NCBI GenBank assembly: GCA_965216785.1
Contig: OZ244197.1
Span: 1,152,001 to 1,216,000, forward strand
Origin: Thermodesulfobacteriota bacterium
GTDB lineage: Bacteria; Desulfobacterota_D; UBA1144; Nemesobacterales; UBA2774
Length of the DNA: 64,000 nt
Reading direction: 5' to 3'
Shown: piece by piece, positions 29,004 through 39,320 of the stretch
How the letters are laid out: the number at the start of each line of letters is the position of its first letter
Position numbering within the stretch: position 1 is the first letter of the stretch
The notes under the pieces: generated by a model
The model's database searches: none
Told to the model about the DNA's origin: nothing
The model's input: only the letters and a program-made list of their open reading frames with translations
Position numbers and translations under genes: made by a program

Positions 29004-29062
29004 GGATAAAAGATGGAGTTTATAAAGTTTAACAATATATCTAAAAACAGGGGGTTATGTAA

Positions 29063-29440
29063 ATGAACAGGTTACATCTATTTTTAAAAGCTGTTGTTTT
29101 GACAATGTTGGTTGTTCCTCTCATAAGCGGCATTTCAACTAACGCAGCAGAGGAAGAGGAGATTCTGGTGCTGATAGAGACTGCGGAGACCCCAGAGGAC
29201 CATATCAAGATAGCAGAGTATTACGAAGGGCAAGCTTCACAAATGCAAAAGATGGCGAACATGCATGAGTCTATGGGGCAATCCTATAGCAAGAGAAGCA
29301 AGCCTATGAGTGGAATGGCTAAGCACTGTGCTGACTTATCTAAGGAGAATAAGGATTCAGCCGAAAAATATAATGCTATGGCAGCACACCATAGGGAAAT
29401 GGCGCAAGGCATGGATGATCACGGATCACATGAACACTAA
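29063..29440 (+). CDS. Periplasmic His/Met-rich helical protein (possible Cu binding)
   Basis: Signal peptide, DH.KIAEYY, MHESM, MAKHC, HH..M, HGSHEH. Confidence 0.75.
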   Translation: MNRLHLFLKAVVLTMLVVPLISGISTNAAEEEEILVLIETAETPEDHIKIAEYYEGQASQMQKMANMHESMGQSYSKRSKPMSGMAKHCADLSKENKDSAEKYNAMAAHHREMAQGMDDHGSHEH

Positions 29441-29535
29441 TTTTGAGTATTCCTTCCCTGGGTTAATTCCCTTTCCCTCCACTACCGCCATAATGGGATG
29501 GCCTGGGGAAGGATCTTTAGAGAGAGGCGAAGGAA

Positions 29536-30195
29536 ATGACAATCCCTAGTAAACAAGACCTTATCAAATTGTACCGCAAGAGGGCTGGGAATTATGATAT
29601 TACGGCAAATCTATATTATTTACTTGGTTTTCGAGAATGGGCATATAGAAAAATGGCAGTAAATGCTCTGAATCTTAGTTTAGGCGACACTGTTGTTGAG
29701 ATAGGTTGTGGGACGGGTTTAAATTTTCCACTTCTACAAAAATTCGTAGGCTCCGAGGGGAAATTGATAGGGATTGATTTAACCGATGATATGTTAACTC
29801 AGGCAAAAAAAAGAATAGATAAGAATAACTGGTCCAACATTGAGCTTGTAGAGTGCGATGCTGCTACTTATAAATTCCCAGATGGTTTAGATGGGATTAT
29901 ATCGACTTTCGCAATAACACTAATACCCGAATATGACCATATCATAAAAAACGGTTCAGAGGCACTTGCTCCCGGAAAACGATTCGTAATTCTGGATTTT
30001 AAAATGCCGTCCAATTGGCTTTCGTTTCTAGCTCCATTAGCTGTGTTTATTATGAGTCCATTCGGAGTTTCAATCGAAATGGCAAATCGCAGGCCTTGGG
30101 AATCTATGAATAAATACTTTGAGAAAACATCTATAACTGAGCTATATGGAGGATTTTCTTATATTGTTACAGGGAGAAAAGGGAATAATGAATGA
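29536..30195 (+). CDS. Class I SAM-dependent methyltransferase
   Basis: VVEIGCGTG, GIDLT..ML, LAPGKRFVILD. Confidence 0.9.
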   Translation: MTIPSKQDLIKLYRKRAGNYDITANLYYLLGFREWAYRKMAVNALNLSLGDTVVEIGCGTGLNFPLLQKFVGSEGKLIGIDLTDDMLTQAKKRIDKNNWSNIELVECDAATYKFPDGLDGIISTFAITLIPEYDHIIKNGSEALAPGKRFVILDFKMPSNWLSFLAPLAVFIMSPFGVSIEMANRRPWESMNKYFEKTSITELYGGFSYIVTGRKGNNE

Positions 30196-30386
30196 TTGCA
30201 TTGAGTAGGTCACGAATGGCTAAAGACCCTGTTTGTAAAAGAGAAATAAACATCAATAAGTCTACAAAGCATTCTGAGTATAGAGATAGAATTTACTTCT
30301 TCTGTTCACATTACTGTAAATATAAATTCGACATGAATCCTAGAAAATATGAAGTAAAAGTAATAATAAGAAAAAGGAAAGGGTAA
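30192..30386 (+). CDS. YHS-domain protein
   Basis: KDPVC...YFFCSHYCK.KF..NP.KY. Confidence 0.8.
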   Translation: MIALSRSRMAKDPVCKREININKSTKHSEYRDRIYFFCSHYCKYKFDMNPRKYEVKVIIRKRKG

Positions 30387-30456
30387 AAAGTATTGTGATA
30401 CACCATCAACGTATGAATTTAAATTTATTAATTGTACTGAATTATATGGACCAAAA

Positions 30457-31680
30457 ATGATTGAAAAAGAAAAACATATATTAACAATAAATAGTGGCTC
30501 ATCAAGTTTAAAGTTTTCGGTATATGTAATAGGGAAAGACGAAAAATTGATAATAAAAGGAGGCATGGACAGGATTGGTTTGGGAGATAGTAACTTTAGG
30601 GTTACCGAATCATACAATACAAAACTTATGGCACGAGAATTCGACCTACCTGACCATGAATCCGCATTAAAAGTTTTACTTAATTGGCTGGAGAAAAATG
30701 AACTTAGTAAAAAAATAGATGCTGTGGGTCATAGGCTTGTAAATGGCGGGTCAAGTTTCACTGGACATCATTTGATCACCTCTCAGTTAATATCAACATT
30801 GAAAAGAATGTCTTATCTTGCTCCCGACCATTTATCTCAACAAATAAAAGGGATGGAGACTGTTAGCAATTTATATCCGAATCTGAATCAGGTTGCCTGC
30901 TTTGATACAGTGTTTCACAGCGATATGCCCAGGGAAGCAAAAATGTTTGCCCTTCCAAGAAAATTATGGAAAGAAGGTGTTATGCGCTATGGCTTTCACG
31001 GTTTGTCATACGAATACATAATGCAAGAACTTAATAAAGAAGTTGGATCTGGAGGGGTTGATGGGCGAATAATTATTGCTCATCTTGGAAACGGTGCAAG
31101 CATGGTTGCAGTTAAGAATGGGAAAGGAGTTGACACTACAATGGGATTTACACCAACGGGGGGACTTATGATGAGCACGCGTTCAGGTGATTTAGATCCT
31201 GGGATTATAACTTACTTACTTGAAGAAAAGGGAATAACTCCTCAGAAGTTAAACGAAATGATTAACAAAAAATCCGGCCTGTATGGGGTATCGGGAATAA
31301 GCTCTGATATGAAAGAACTATTAGAAAAAGAAGCAGAAAATCCACATGCTGCTGACGCAATCAATCTTTTCTGCTATCAAGCAAAAAAATATTTAGGAGC
31401 TATGGCATCCGTTTTAGAAGGCGTGGGTACTATAATTTTTACAGGTGGTATTGGGGAAAATTCGCCTGAGATCCGTAAACGAATTTGTAGCGGAATGGAA
31501 TTTCTAGGCATTCAGCTAGATCTTAGTAAGAATGAAACTAATTCTTCTATCATATCAATTGCTGAAACCCCAACAACAGTGCGCGTTATAAAGACCAATG
31601 AAGAACTGATGATCGCTAGACATACATACTGTATCATCAATAAGAATAATCATAAAGACGCAAAGAAAATGATGCACTAA
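30457..31680 (+). CDS. ackA: Acetate/propionate kinase
   Basis: INSGSSSLKF, GHR.V.GG, RYGFHGLSY, HLGNGAS, FTGGIGEN, TNEE. Confidence 0.95.
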   Translation: MIEKEKHILTINSGSSSLKFSVYVIGKDEKLIIKGGMDRIGLGDSNFRVTESYNTKLMAREFDLPDHESALKVLLNWLEKNELSKKIDAVGHRLVNGGSSFTGHHLITSQLISTLKRMSYLAPDHLSQQIKGMETVSNLYPNLNQVACFDTVFHSDMPREAKMFALPRKLWKEGVMRYGFHGLSYEYIMQELNKEVGSGGVDGRIIIAHLGNGASMVAVKNGKGVDTTMGFTPTGGLMMSTRSGDLDPGIITYLLEEKGITPQKLNEMINKKSGLYGVSGISSDMKELLEKEAENPHAADAINLFCYQAKKYLGAMASVLEGVGTIIFTGGIGENSPEIRKRICSGMEFLGIQLDLSKNETNSSIISIAETPTTVRVIKTNEELMIARHTYCIINKNNHKDAKKMMH

Positions 31681-31690
31681 AAGGTGATCT

Positions 31691-34060
31691 ATGAAAGATA
31701 TTAAAGATGAATATTTAGAAAAAATGCACAGATATTGGCAAGCAGCGAATTACCTTTCTGTTGGACAGATCTACCTTTACGATAACCCACTATTGAAAAA
31801 ACCTCTTAAACTAAAACACATAAAGCCTAGGCTACTTGGGCACTGGGGAACAACACCTGGACTGAACTTCATTTACGTCCATCTTAACCGTGTTATTAAG
31901 GAAAGGGATCTTAATATTATTTACATCGCTGGCCCAGGCCATGGAGGTCCTGGTCTAGTAGCTAATACTTATCTTGAAGGAACCTACAGTGAGTACTACC
32001 CCGATATCAGTCAAGACGAGGAGGGTATGAAAAAACTTTTTAAACAATTCTCATTTCCCGGTGGTATTCCAAGTCACGTCGCCCCTGAAACACCAGGTTC
32101 TATTCACGAGGGAGGTGAACTAGGGTACTCACTTTCCCATGCTTATGGGGCAGTATTTGATAATCCCGACCTTATAGCTGCTTGTGTGGTTGGTGATGGT
32201 GAGGCCGAAACAGGCCCGCTTGCAACTGCTTGGCATTCAAACAAATTCCTCAATCCTGCTAATGATGGTGCTGTGCTGCCGATATTACATTTGAACGGCT
32301 ATAAGATTGCCAACCCATCGGTATTAGCCAGAATTAGTCATATGGAACTAGAGAGCTTGTTCTTTGGCTATGGTTATAAACCATATTTTGTTGAAGGATC
32401 AAATCCCAAAATCATGCATCGTTTAATGGCTGAAACCCTCGACATCGTAATTGACGAAATTAACAAAATCCAGTTGGAAGCCCGCAATAAAGGTGTTACC
32501 ACACGTCCCAAGTGGCCTATGATAATCCTGAAATCACCAAAGGGATGGACGGGTCCTAAAAAAGTCGATGGTAAAAAAACAGAGAATTTTTGGCGATCCC
32601 ATCAAGTTCCACTTAGCGAGCTTTCAACAAAACCAAGTCATGTGAAGCTACTTGAAAACTGGATGAAAAGTTACAAGCCAGAAAGACTATTTGATAAAAA
32701 CGGAAAGCTTATTCCCGAATTGTCAGATATCACTCCCAAAGGTCATCACCGCATGAGTGACAACCCTCATTCAAATGGCGGACTATTACTGAAAGAACTA
32801 AAGATGCCAGATTTTCAAAAATATTCTGTGGAGGCATCAAAACCCGGTCACGAAAAAGTAGAAGCTACTAGAATTATGGGGCATTTCTTACGTGATGTTA
32901 TGAAGTTAAACATGAACGAACGCAATTTCCGTGTATTCGGACCGGATGAGACTGCATCGAATCGATTAACTTCCTTATTCGAGGTTACTAACAGGGCATG
33001 GGTGGCTGAACGCTATCCTGAGGATAGCGACAAAGATTCACACCTTGATCCTAATGGCCGTATCATGGAAATACTCAGTGAACATACGTGTCAGGGATGG
33101 CTCGAAGGATATCTTCTCACCGGTCGTCATGGACTATTCTCATGCTATGAGGCCTTTATTCATATAGTTGATTCGATGTTCAATCAACATGCAAAGTGGC
33201 TTAAGGTTACATCCCTAGAAATACCTTGGCGTCGCCCAATAGCTTCCCTCAATTATTTGCTAACTTCACACGTTTGGAGGCAGGATCACAACGGCTTCAG
33301 CCATCAAGATCCGGGCTTTATTGATCATGTTATGAATAAGAAAGCAGATATAATTCGGGTTTATTTTCCTCCCGATGCTAATACATTACTTTCTGTAACC
33401 GATCATTGCCTAAGAAGCAGGAATTATGTGAACGTCATTGTGGCAGGCAAGCAACCCGAATTACAATGGCTTGATATGGATGCTGCAGTGAAGCATTGTA
33501 CTGCTGGCATAAGTATATGGGAGTGGGCAAGCAATGACAAAGGGACTGAACCGGATGTGGTAATGGCGTGTTGCGGTGACGTCCCTACTTTAGAAACCCT
33601 TGCAGCTGTAGACATTCTACGTAAAAAGCTTCCGGAACTCAAAGTGCGCGTTATAAATGTCGTTGATCCTATGAAGCTGCAGCCAAGAGAGGAGCATCCT
33701 CACGGCTTATCAGATTGGGAGTTCGATTCATTATTTACGACTAATAAGCCTATAATCTTTGCCTATCACGGATATCCGTGGCTTATTCATCGTTTAACTT
33801 ACCGAAGAGCAAACCATAACAATCTCCACGTCCGAGGGTACAAGGAAGAAGGAACTACGACTACATCATTTGATATGGCGGTACTTAACGATATAGATCG
33901 TTTTCATTTAGTTGAAGATGTAATTGATCGAGTTCCCATTTTGAGATCTATAGCAGCTTATACGAAACAGGAAATGCGGAACAAGATAATTGATCACAAG
34001 CAATATATCGAAAAATATGGTCAGGATATGCCCGAGATTCAAGAATGGACATGGAGGTAG
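31691..34060 (+). CDS. xfp: Phosphoketolase (XFP)
   Basis: [46 protein letters not shown]. Confidence 0.97.
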   Translation: MKDIKDEYLEKMHRYWQAANYLSVGQIYLYDNPLLKKPLKLKHIKPRLLGHWGTTPGLNFIYVHLNRVIKERDLNIIYIAGPGHGGPGLVANTYLEGTYSEYYPDISQDEEGMKKLFKQFSFPGGIPSHVAPETPGSIHEGGELGYSLSHAYGAVFDNPDLIAACVVGDGEAETGPLATAWHSNKFLNPANDGAVLPILHLNGYKIANPSVLARISHMELESLFFGYGYKPYFVEGSNPKIMHRLMAETLDIVIDEINKIQLEARNKGVTTRPKWPMIILKSPKGWTGPKKVDGKKTENFWRSHQVPLSELSTKPSHVKLLENWMKSYKPERLFDKNGKLIPELSDITPKGHHRMSDNPHSNGGLLLKELKMPDFQKYSVEASKPGHEKVEATRIMGHFLRDVMKLNMNERNFRVFGPDETASNRLTSLFEVTNRAWVAERYPEDSDKDSHLDPNGRIMEILSEHTCQGWLEGYLLTGRHGLFSCYEAFIHIVDSMFNQHAKWLKVTSLEIPWRRPIASLNYLLTSHVWRQDHNGFSHQDPGFIDHVMNKKADIIRVYFPPDANTLLSVTDHCLRSRNYVNVIVAGKQPELQWLDMDAAVKHCTAGISIWEWASNDKGTEPDVVMACCGDVPTLETLAAVDILRKKLPELKVRVINVVDPMKLQPREEHPHGLSDWEFDSLFTTNKPIIFAYHGYPWLIHRLTYRRANHNNLHVRGYKEEGTTTTSFDMAVLNDIDRFHLVEDVIDRVPILRSIAAYTKQEMRNKIIDHKQYIEKYGQDMPEIQEWTWR

Positions 34061-34159
34061 TAAAGGTTTCGCCCTGTTAAACGATCTTACTGATTTTCAG
34101 ACTGAGGACTTAATTAGAATTTGAGTAGTTGCACATAACAGTTCGCAGCGGAGAATAAG

Positions 34160-35344
34160 TTGAAAGAAGATAGAACAAATAATCTATTAGGCAAAGATTT
34201 AAGAGTACATATCATTGGTGCTGGTCCTGCATCTTGTGTTGCTGCAATTAATCTAGCTAAGGCAGGTATAGCTGTAGTAATTCATGAACAAAAAAGTGAC
34301 GTCGGCTCAAGGTTTAACGGGGACTTTCAAGGTATTGAAAATTGGTCTACTGAGATTGATGCTCTTGAATTTTTATCCTCTATCGGAATTTCAATAAATT
34401 TTCTTTGTGAACCCTATTCAATTGGAAATTTTTACGGGCCAAGTTTAAAAAAACACGTTATAAAAACTTCAAGGCCCTTATTTTATTTAATAAAAAGAGG
34501 AACGGATAGCAACTCTCTTGACCAGGGGTTAAAACAGCAGGCAATTGATGCAGGTGTGAAGATAATATGGAACGATAGAATTCAACATACACATTACCAA
34601 ACCACAATAATCGGTACTGGACCCAGAGCCGCTGATGTTATTGCAAAAGGAATTACATTCAAAACATCGCACCCTGATGCATATTTTGGTTTTTTGAATA
34701 ACAGGATAGCACCAAAAGGTTATGCATATCTTTTAGTTAATAAAGGTCAAGCTACATTCGCAACGGTTTTGTACGAAGAATTCCGAAAGACTCAAACCTA
34801 CTTTCAACGAGCTCTCGAAACTATGCAGAGCGTACTAGAAATCGATATTGTAGAACCTATGGAGTTCGGCGGTTTTGGGAATTTTACTCTCAATCAAGAT
34901 ACGAACTATAATGAAGATGTTCTCCTCATCGGAGAAGCTGCAGGTTTTCAGGATGCCCTGTGGGGTTTTGGGTTAAGATATGCGATGCTATCAGGTTATT
35001 TGGCCGCGCAAAGTATATTAACAAGCAAATCATACAACCAAATGTGCCGTGAGGAAATCTTGCCTTTCATGGAAATCTCTCTTGCCAATCGGTGGCTCTT
35101 CGCAAATCTGGGCAATTATGGATATGACATAGTTCTTAATGTTGTTTCGAAGCGCACAAACATTATTGAGTCACTGCGCAGACAGCACAAACCCACACGG
35201 TTTAAAAGATTGGTATTTCAAGTCGCGAAAAAATGGTATCACACAAGACTAATTGATAAACAGTGCATGCATAAGAACTGTGATTGTATTTGGTGCAGGC
35301 ATTGTAAAGAAACTTATAAATTTGAGGAGGTTTTGCCGGTATGA
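34160..35344 (+). CDS. FAD-dependent oxidoreductase (geranylgeranyl-reductase-like) with a Cys-rich tail
   Basis: GAGPA, GYAY, LIGEAAG..D..WGFG. C-terminal CMHKNCDCIWCRHC. Confidence 0.85.
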   Translation: MKEDRTNNLLGKDLRVHIIGAGPASCVAAINLAKAGIAVVIHEQKSDVGSRFNGDFQGIENWSTEIDALEFLSSIGISINFLCEPYSIGNFYGPSLKKHVIKTSRPLFYLIKRGTDSNSLDQGLKQQAIDAGVKIIWNDRIQHTHYQTTIIGTGPRAADVIAKGITFKTSHPDAYFGFLNNRIAPKGYAYLLVNKGQATFATVLYEEFRKTQTYFQRALETMQSVLEIDIVEPMEFGGFGNFTLNQDTNYNEDVLLIGEAAGFQDALWGFGLRYAMLSGYLAAQSILTSKSYNQMCREEILPFMEISLANRWLFANLGNYGYDIVLNVVSKRTNIIESLRRQHKPTRFKRLVFQVAKKWYHTRLIDKQCMHKNCDCIWCRHCKETYKFEEVLPV

Positions 35345-37356
35345 ATCATAAGGAACACCCTAACGATAAAAATTCCAAACAATCGCACCAAGATAACCAT
35401 AAACATCACGACCATCACGCACATATGGTTGCGGATTATAGAAAGCGATTCTGGATTTCATTGATAATAACAGTACCAATTCTTGCTTTATCTCCCATGA
35501 TTCAAGAATTTCTAGGTATAAGGGAGTCTATAAGATTCACAGGCGATATCTATGTTCTCTTTGCTCTTTCGTCGATTGTCTTTTTCTATGGTGGTTACCC
35601 ATTTCTCAAGGGGATATTCAATGAACTGAAATCTGCAAAGCCGGGCATGATGACCCTTATTTCCATAGCAATTGCTACCGCCTATATATACAGTAGCGCA
35701 GTGGTATTTGGGTTATCGGGGGAAATATTTTTCTGGGAGCTTGCAACGCTAATTGACATTATGCTCCTAGGCCACTGGATTGAAATGAAATCAGTTATGG
35801 GCGCCTCTAAAGCACTTGAAGAATTAGCACGGTTAATGCCCTATGATGCCCATAAAGTTATGCCAAATGGAACTATTCAGGATGTACCGTTGAGTGATTT
35901 AAACTCAGGCGACAAAGTGCTCATCAAACCCGGCGAGAAGATTCCAGCCGACGGTGAGGTGCTGGAAGGGGAGACCTCAGTCAATGAATCCATGCTCACA
36001 GGCGAATCTGTTCCGGTATCAAAAAAACAGGGTGTAAAAGTTATAGGTGGATCAGTGAACGGAGAGGGTTCAATTACTGTAGAAGTTCAAAAAACTGGAA
36101 AAGACTCTTATCTTTCGCAGGTAATAGATCTGGTAAGACAAGCACAAGAAAGCAAGTCAAAAACCCAGGATTTGGCCAACCGTGCAGCGGTCTGGCTAAC
36201 GATTGTAGCACTTGTGGGCGGGGCGTTAACATTATTTGTATGGCTTGCAATAGTCAATAAGGATTTTGCATTTGCTCTTGAGCGGACTGTGACTGTGATG
36301 ATTATTGCCTGCCCTCATGCCCTCGGTTTAGCTGTGCCATTAGTAGTAGCGGTATCGACTGCAATATCCGCTTCTAACGGTTTACTGATACGAGACCGAG
36401 TCGCGTTTGAAAGAGCAAGAAACATCCAGGCAATTATATTTGATAAAACCGGAACATTAACACAGGGCAAGTTCGGTGTTACGGATACAATAAAATTCAG
36501 CAATGATGTTAACGAAAAGGAACTCCTTAAATATGCCGCTTCTGTTGAAGCTCACTCGGAGCATCCCATCGCAAAAGGTGTTGTCTTATCCGCAGAGGAA
36601 ACTTTTCCCGTTCAAAGTTTCAAAGCCATTACAGGTAAGGGTGCAGAGGGAAGAGTAAATGGAAGAGATGTAAAAGTAGTTAGCCCGGGATACCTGAAAG
36701 AACAAAATATAAGTATGAACGATGAAAGAATCGAAGAACTTTCATCGCAGGGGAAAACCGTTGTGTTCGTTTTAATTGATGGAGAGTTAAAAGGAGCTTT
36801 AGCGCTCGCCGATATCGTGAGGGCAGAATCAAAAGAAGCAATATCTAGACTTAGGGATATGGGGATAAAATGCATGATGCTTACTGGCGATAATAAACAG
36901 GTTGCGAAATGGGTATCTGAAGAAATAGGTCTTGATGAGTATTTCGCTGAGGTATTGCCTGATGAGAAGTCGGCAAAAATTAAGGAGGTTCAGTCGCGAG
37001 GACTGATTGTCGCAATGACAGGTGATGGAGTAAATGACGCTCCAGCACTTGCACAAGCTGATGTGGGTATTGCAATCGGAGCTGGTACAGATGTAGCAGT
37101 GGAGACAGCGGATATCATCTTGGTAAGGAGTAATCCTATTGATGCTGTAGCGATAATCGGTCTTGCTAAAGCAACATATAGAAAGATGATACAGAACCTC
37201 ATTTGGGCGACCGGGTATAACGTTATTGCTATTCCGCTTGCAGCAGGCGTTCTCTATCCTAAGATACTTCTTGGTCCTGCTTTAGCAGCTGTGTTCATGT
37301 CCTTAAGTACAGTCATAGTAGCAATAAATGCAAAATATTTAAAAGTTGAGAGGTAA
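35341..37356 (+). CDS. copB: Copper P1B-3 ATPase
   Basis: His-rich N-terminus, CPH in TM4, DKTGT, TGES, GYN and MS.ST. Confidence 0.95.
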   Translation: MNHKEHPNDKNSKQSHQDNHKHHDHHAHMVADYRKRFWISLIITVPILALSPMIQEFLGIRESIRFTGDIYVLFALSSIVFFYGGYPFLKGIFNELKSAKPGMMTLISIAIATAYIYSSAVVFGLSGEIFFWELATLIDIMLLGHWIEMKSVMGASKALEELARLMPYDAHKVMPNGTIQDVPLSDLNSGDKVLIKPGEKIPADGEVLEGETSVNESMLTGESVPVSKKQGVKVIGGSVNGEGSITVEVQKTGKDSYLSQVIDLVRQAQESKSKTQDLANRAAVWLTIVALVGGALTLFVWLAIVNKDFAFALERTVTVMIIACPHALGLAVPLVVAVSTAISASNGLLIRDRVAFERARNIQAIIFDKTGTLTQGKFGVTDTIKFSNDVNEKELLKYAASVEAHSEHPIAKGVVLSAEETFPVQSFKAITGKGAEGRVNGRDVKVVSPGYLKEQNISMNDERIEELSSQGKTVVFVLIDGELKGALALADIVRAESKEAISRLRDMGIKCMMLTGDNKQVAKWVSEEIGLDEYFAEVLPDEKSAKIKEVQSRGLIVAMTGDGVNDAPALAQADVGIAIGAGTDVAVETADIILVRSNPIDAVAIIGLAKATYRKMIQNLIWATGYNVIAIPLAAGVLYPKILLGPALAAVFMSLSTVIVAINAKYLKVER

Positions 37357-37434
37357 AGATCGTTTGATGATTCTACGGAAAGATCATTCTAGTGCCAAAC
37401 AAATATCTTTTTAGCCAAGGAGGTTATAGATATA

Positions 37435-37761
37435 ATGGAATACAAAAAAATCAATGCAATCATACGTAAAGCTGCTTTAGAAGAAGTGGAAAATCAACTC
37501 AAGGAAATCGGGGTAAAGGGTATTAGTGTTAGCACTATTAAGGGTTATGGCGAGTATGCCAATTTCTTCAGCCATAAATGGTATGTCGAACATGCAAGAA
37601 TAGAAATTTTTGCTGGTAAAGATTATGTTATGAAAATAGTGTCAACAATAATAGAAGCTTCTCATACTGGGACGAAAGGAGACGGAATTGTGGCCATCCT
37701 ACCGGTCGAAAAGTTGTACCATATCCGAACTAAATCCGAAGTTGAATACGTTGAAGAATAA
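37435..37761 (+). CDS. P-II family protein
   Basis: KKINAIIR...KGYG...HTG..GDG.V. Confidence 0.88.
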   Translation: MEYKKINAIIRKAALEEVENQLKEIGVKGISVSTIKGYGEYANFFSHKWYVEHARIEIFAGKDYVMKIVSTIIEASHTGTKGDGIVAILPVEKLYHIRTKSEVEYVEE

Positions 37762-37861
37762 AATTGGAGTCTTTAAAAACAAGAAACTGTGTAAATGATA
37801 TAGCAAGCTTCGGTAAATTTTTTATTAAAATGTAAATCAAAATAGGAGCATTATTGCAACT

Positions 37862-38113
37862 ATGAATAAACAATTCAAATTGATTTCCTGGCTTAGTTCG
37901 AGGACTGGTCTTATCGTGACTGCCTCCTTAGTTATCCTTGGTTTCTTTTTATTTGCGGAGCACAGAGTACATGTTTTAGGAGCATTGCCCTATATTTTAC
38001 TGGCGTTATTTTTGGTTTTACATCTTTTTTTGCACAGCGGGCACGGAGGTCATAGCGCAAAAGACTCAGAGAATGAAGGTGACAATAATTCTTCAAGCGG
38101 AGATAAAACGTGA
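37862..38113 (+). CDS. DUF2933-type membrane protein
   Basis: EHRVHVLGALPY...HLFLHSGHGGH. Confidence 0.85.
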   Translation: MNKQFKLISWLSSRTGLIVTASLVILGFFLFAEHRVHVLGALPYILLALFLVLHLFLHSGHGGHSAKDSENEGDNNSSSGDKT

Positions 38114-38766
38114 ACAGCACACCTGCTTACGGACTTTGGTTTCTTGTAATAATAAATTCCCTGATATTTATAATATTTGCGTTTAGTTTTGCGCGTCCAA
38201 AAAGTTCACGGGATTGGCGTTCTCTTGGAGCTTTTTCCGCCTTTATTGTGGCACTTTTTACGGAGATGTACGGTTTTCCATTAACAATTTATCTATTGTC
38301 CGGGTGGCTCGTAAGCCGCTATCCGGAGCTGGACCTTTTTTCTCATGAAACTGGACATCTTTGGCATTCTTTACTCGGCATAAAAGGCAACCCTCATTTT
38401 GATGTATTTCATATAATGAGCAACATACTGATTGTAGGAGGATTTATCTTGCTTTCCGCGGCATGGAAAGTTCTTCATGAAGCACAAAAAAATCACAAGT
38501 TAGCTATCACCGGCCCTTATGCATGGGTACGTCATCCACAGTATGTCGGATTCATTATTATCATGTTCGGATTCTTACTTCAATGGCCAACGATACTAAC
38601 ATTGCTGATGTTCCCAGTACTTGTATACATGTATATTCGGCTGGCACGGTGGGAGGAACGAGAGGTGGCAGAGGAATTTGGAAACGAGTACAAAACATAT
38701 GCTGAGAAAACCCCTTCTTTTATTCCACACTTTGGTAAGAAGGGAGTCAGAAAAATCTCCATATAA
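38110..38766 (+). CDS. Isoprenylcysteine carboxylmethyltransferase-family protein
   Basis: ALFTEMYGFPLT, GPYAWVRHPQY, EE..V..EFG..Y. Confidence 0.9.
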   Translation: MNSTPAYGLWFLVIINSLIFIIFAFSFARPKSSRDWRSLGAFSAFIVALFTEMYGFPLTIYLLSGWLVSRYPELDLFSHETGHLWHSLLGIKGNPHFDVFHIMSNILIVGGFILLSAAWKVLHEAQKNHKLAITGPYAWVRHPQYVGFIIIMFGFLLQWPTILTLLMFPVLVYMYIRLARWEEREVAEEFGNEYKTYAEKTPSFIPHFGKKGVRKISI

Positions 38767-38785
38767 AAACAAAAGGAGGCAACAA

Positions 38786-38929
38786 ATGTGGGAATCAATT
38801 ATATGGTTTTTAATATTCGGAGGGATTTTTTATGCCATTATGCGCATGGGAGGTTGCGGGATGCATTCCCATGGGGGACATGGAGACCACGGAAACAAAG
38901 AGCATAAAGAAGAATCTGAGAAAAAATAA
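38786..38929 (+). CDS. Small His-rich membrane peptide
   Basis: RBS AAGGAGG, then MWESIIWFLIFGG...GGCGMHSHGGHGDH. The start is downstream of the track ORF start. Confidence 0.65.
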   Translation: MWESIIWFLIFGGIFYAIMRMGGCGMHSHGGHGDHGNKEHKEESEKK

Positions 38930-38974
38930 ATTGTCTGATTAATGTTCCATATAATCAGCAATAGGAGGATTGTC

Positions 38975-39259
38975 ATGAATTCTAGTAAATCGGATCATTA
39001 CCATACCCTGGACTGGAGACCTCTAGGTCTCGCTCTAGGATTATTCTTCGTGATTAGCTTTATATTATGTGTGGCATTTGACCTGATTTTTCCAGGGCAA
39101 GCTATGTACGAGTCATGGATGAGGTTGCTTCCTGGCTTTACGTGGTTAACATGGGGAAGTTTCATTCTTGGACTGATCGAGAGCTTTGCATATGGATTAT
39201 ATATAGCTCTTGTTTTTTGCCCACTTTATAATTTTTTCGTGGGTAAATTTTCAGGATAG
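38975..39259 (+). CDS. DUF5676-like membrane protein
   Basis: FILCV.FDL...M...W..LLPGF.WL.W.SF.LGLIES..YG.Y......LYN. Confidence 0.8.
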   Translation: MNSSKSDHYHTLDWRPLGLALGLFFVISFILCVAFDLIFPGQAMYESWMRLLPGFTWLTWGSFILGLIESFAYGLYIALVFCPLYNFFVGKFSG

Positions 39260-39320
39260 CAGTATGCCAATTACTTAACCATGTGAGGTAGTTAACTCTG
39301 AGGATTTAGAGTAAATAAGG

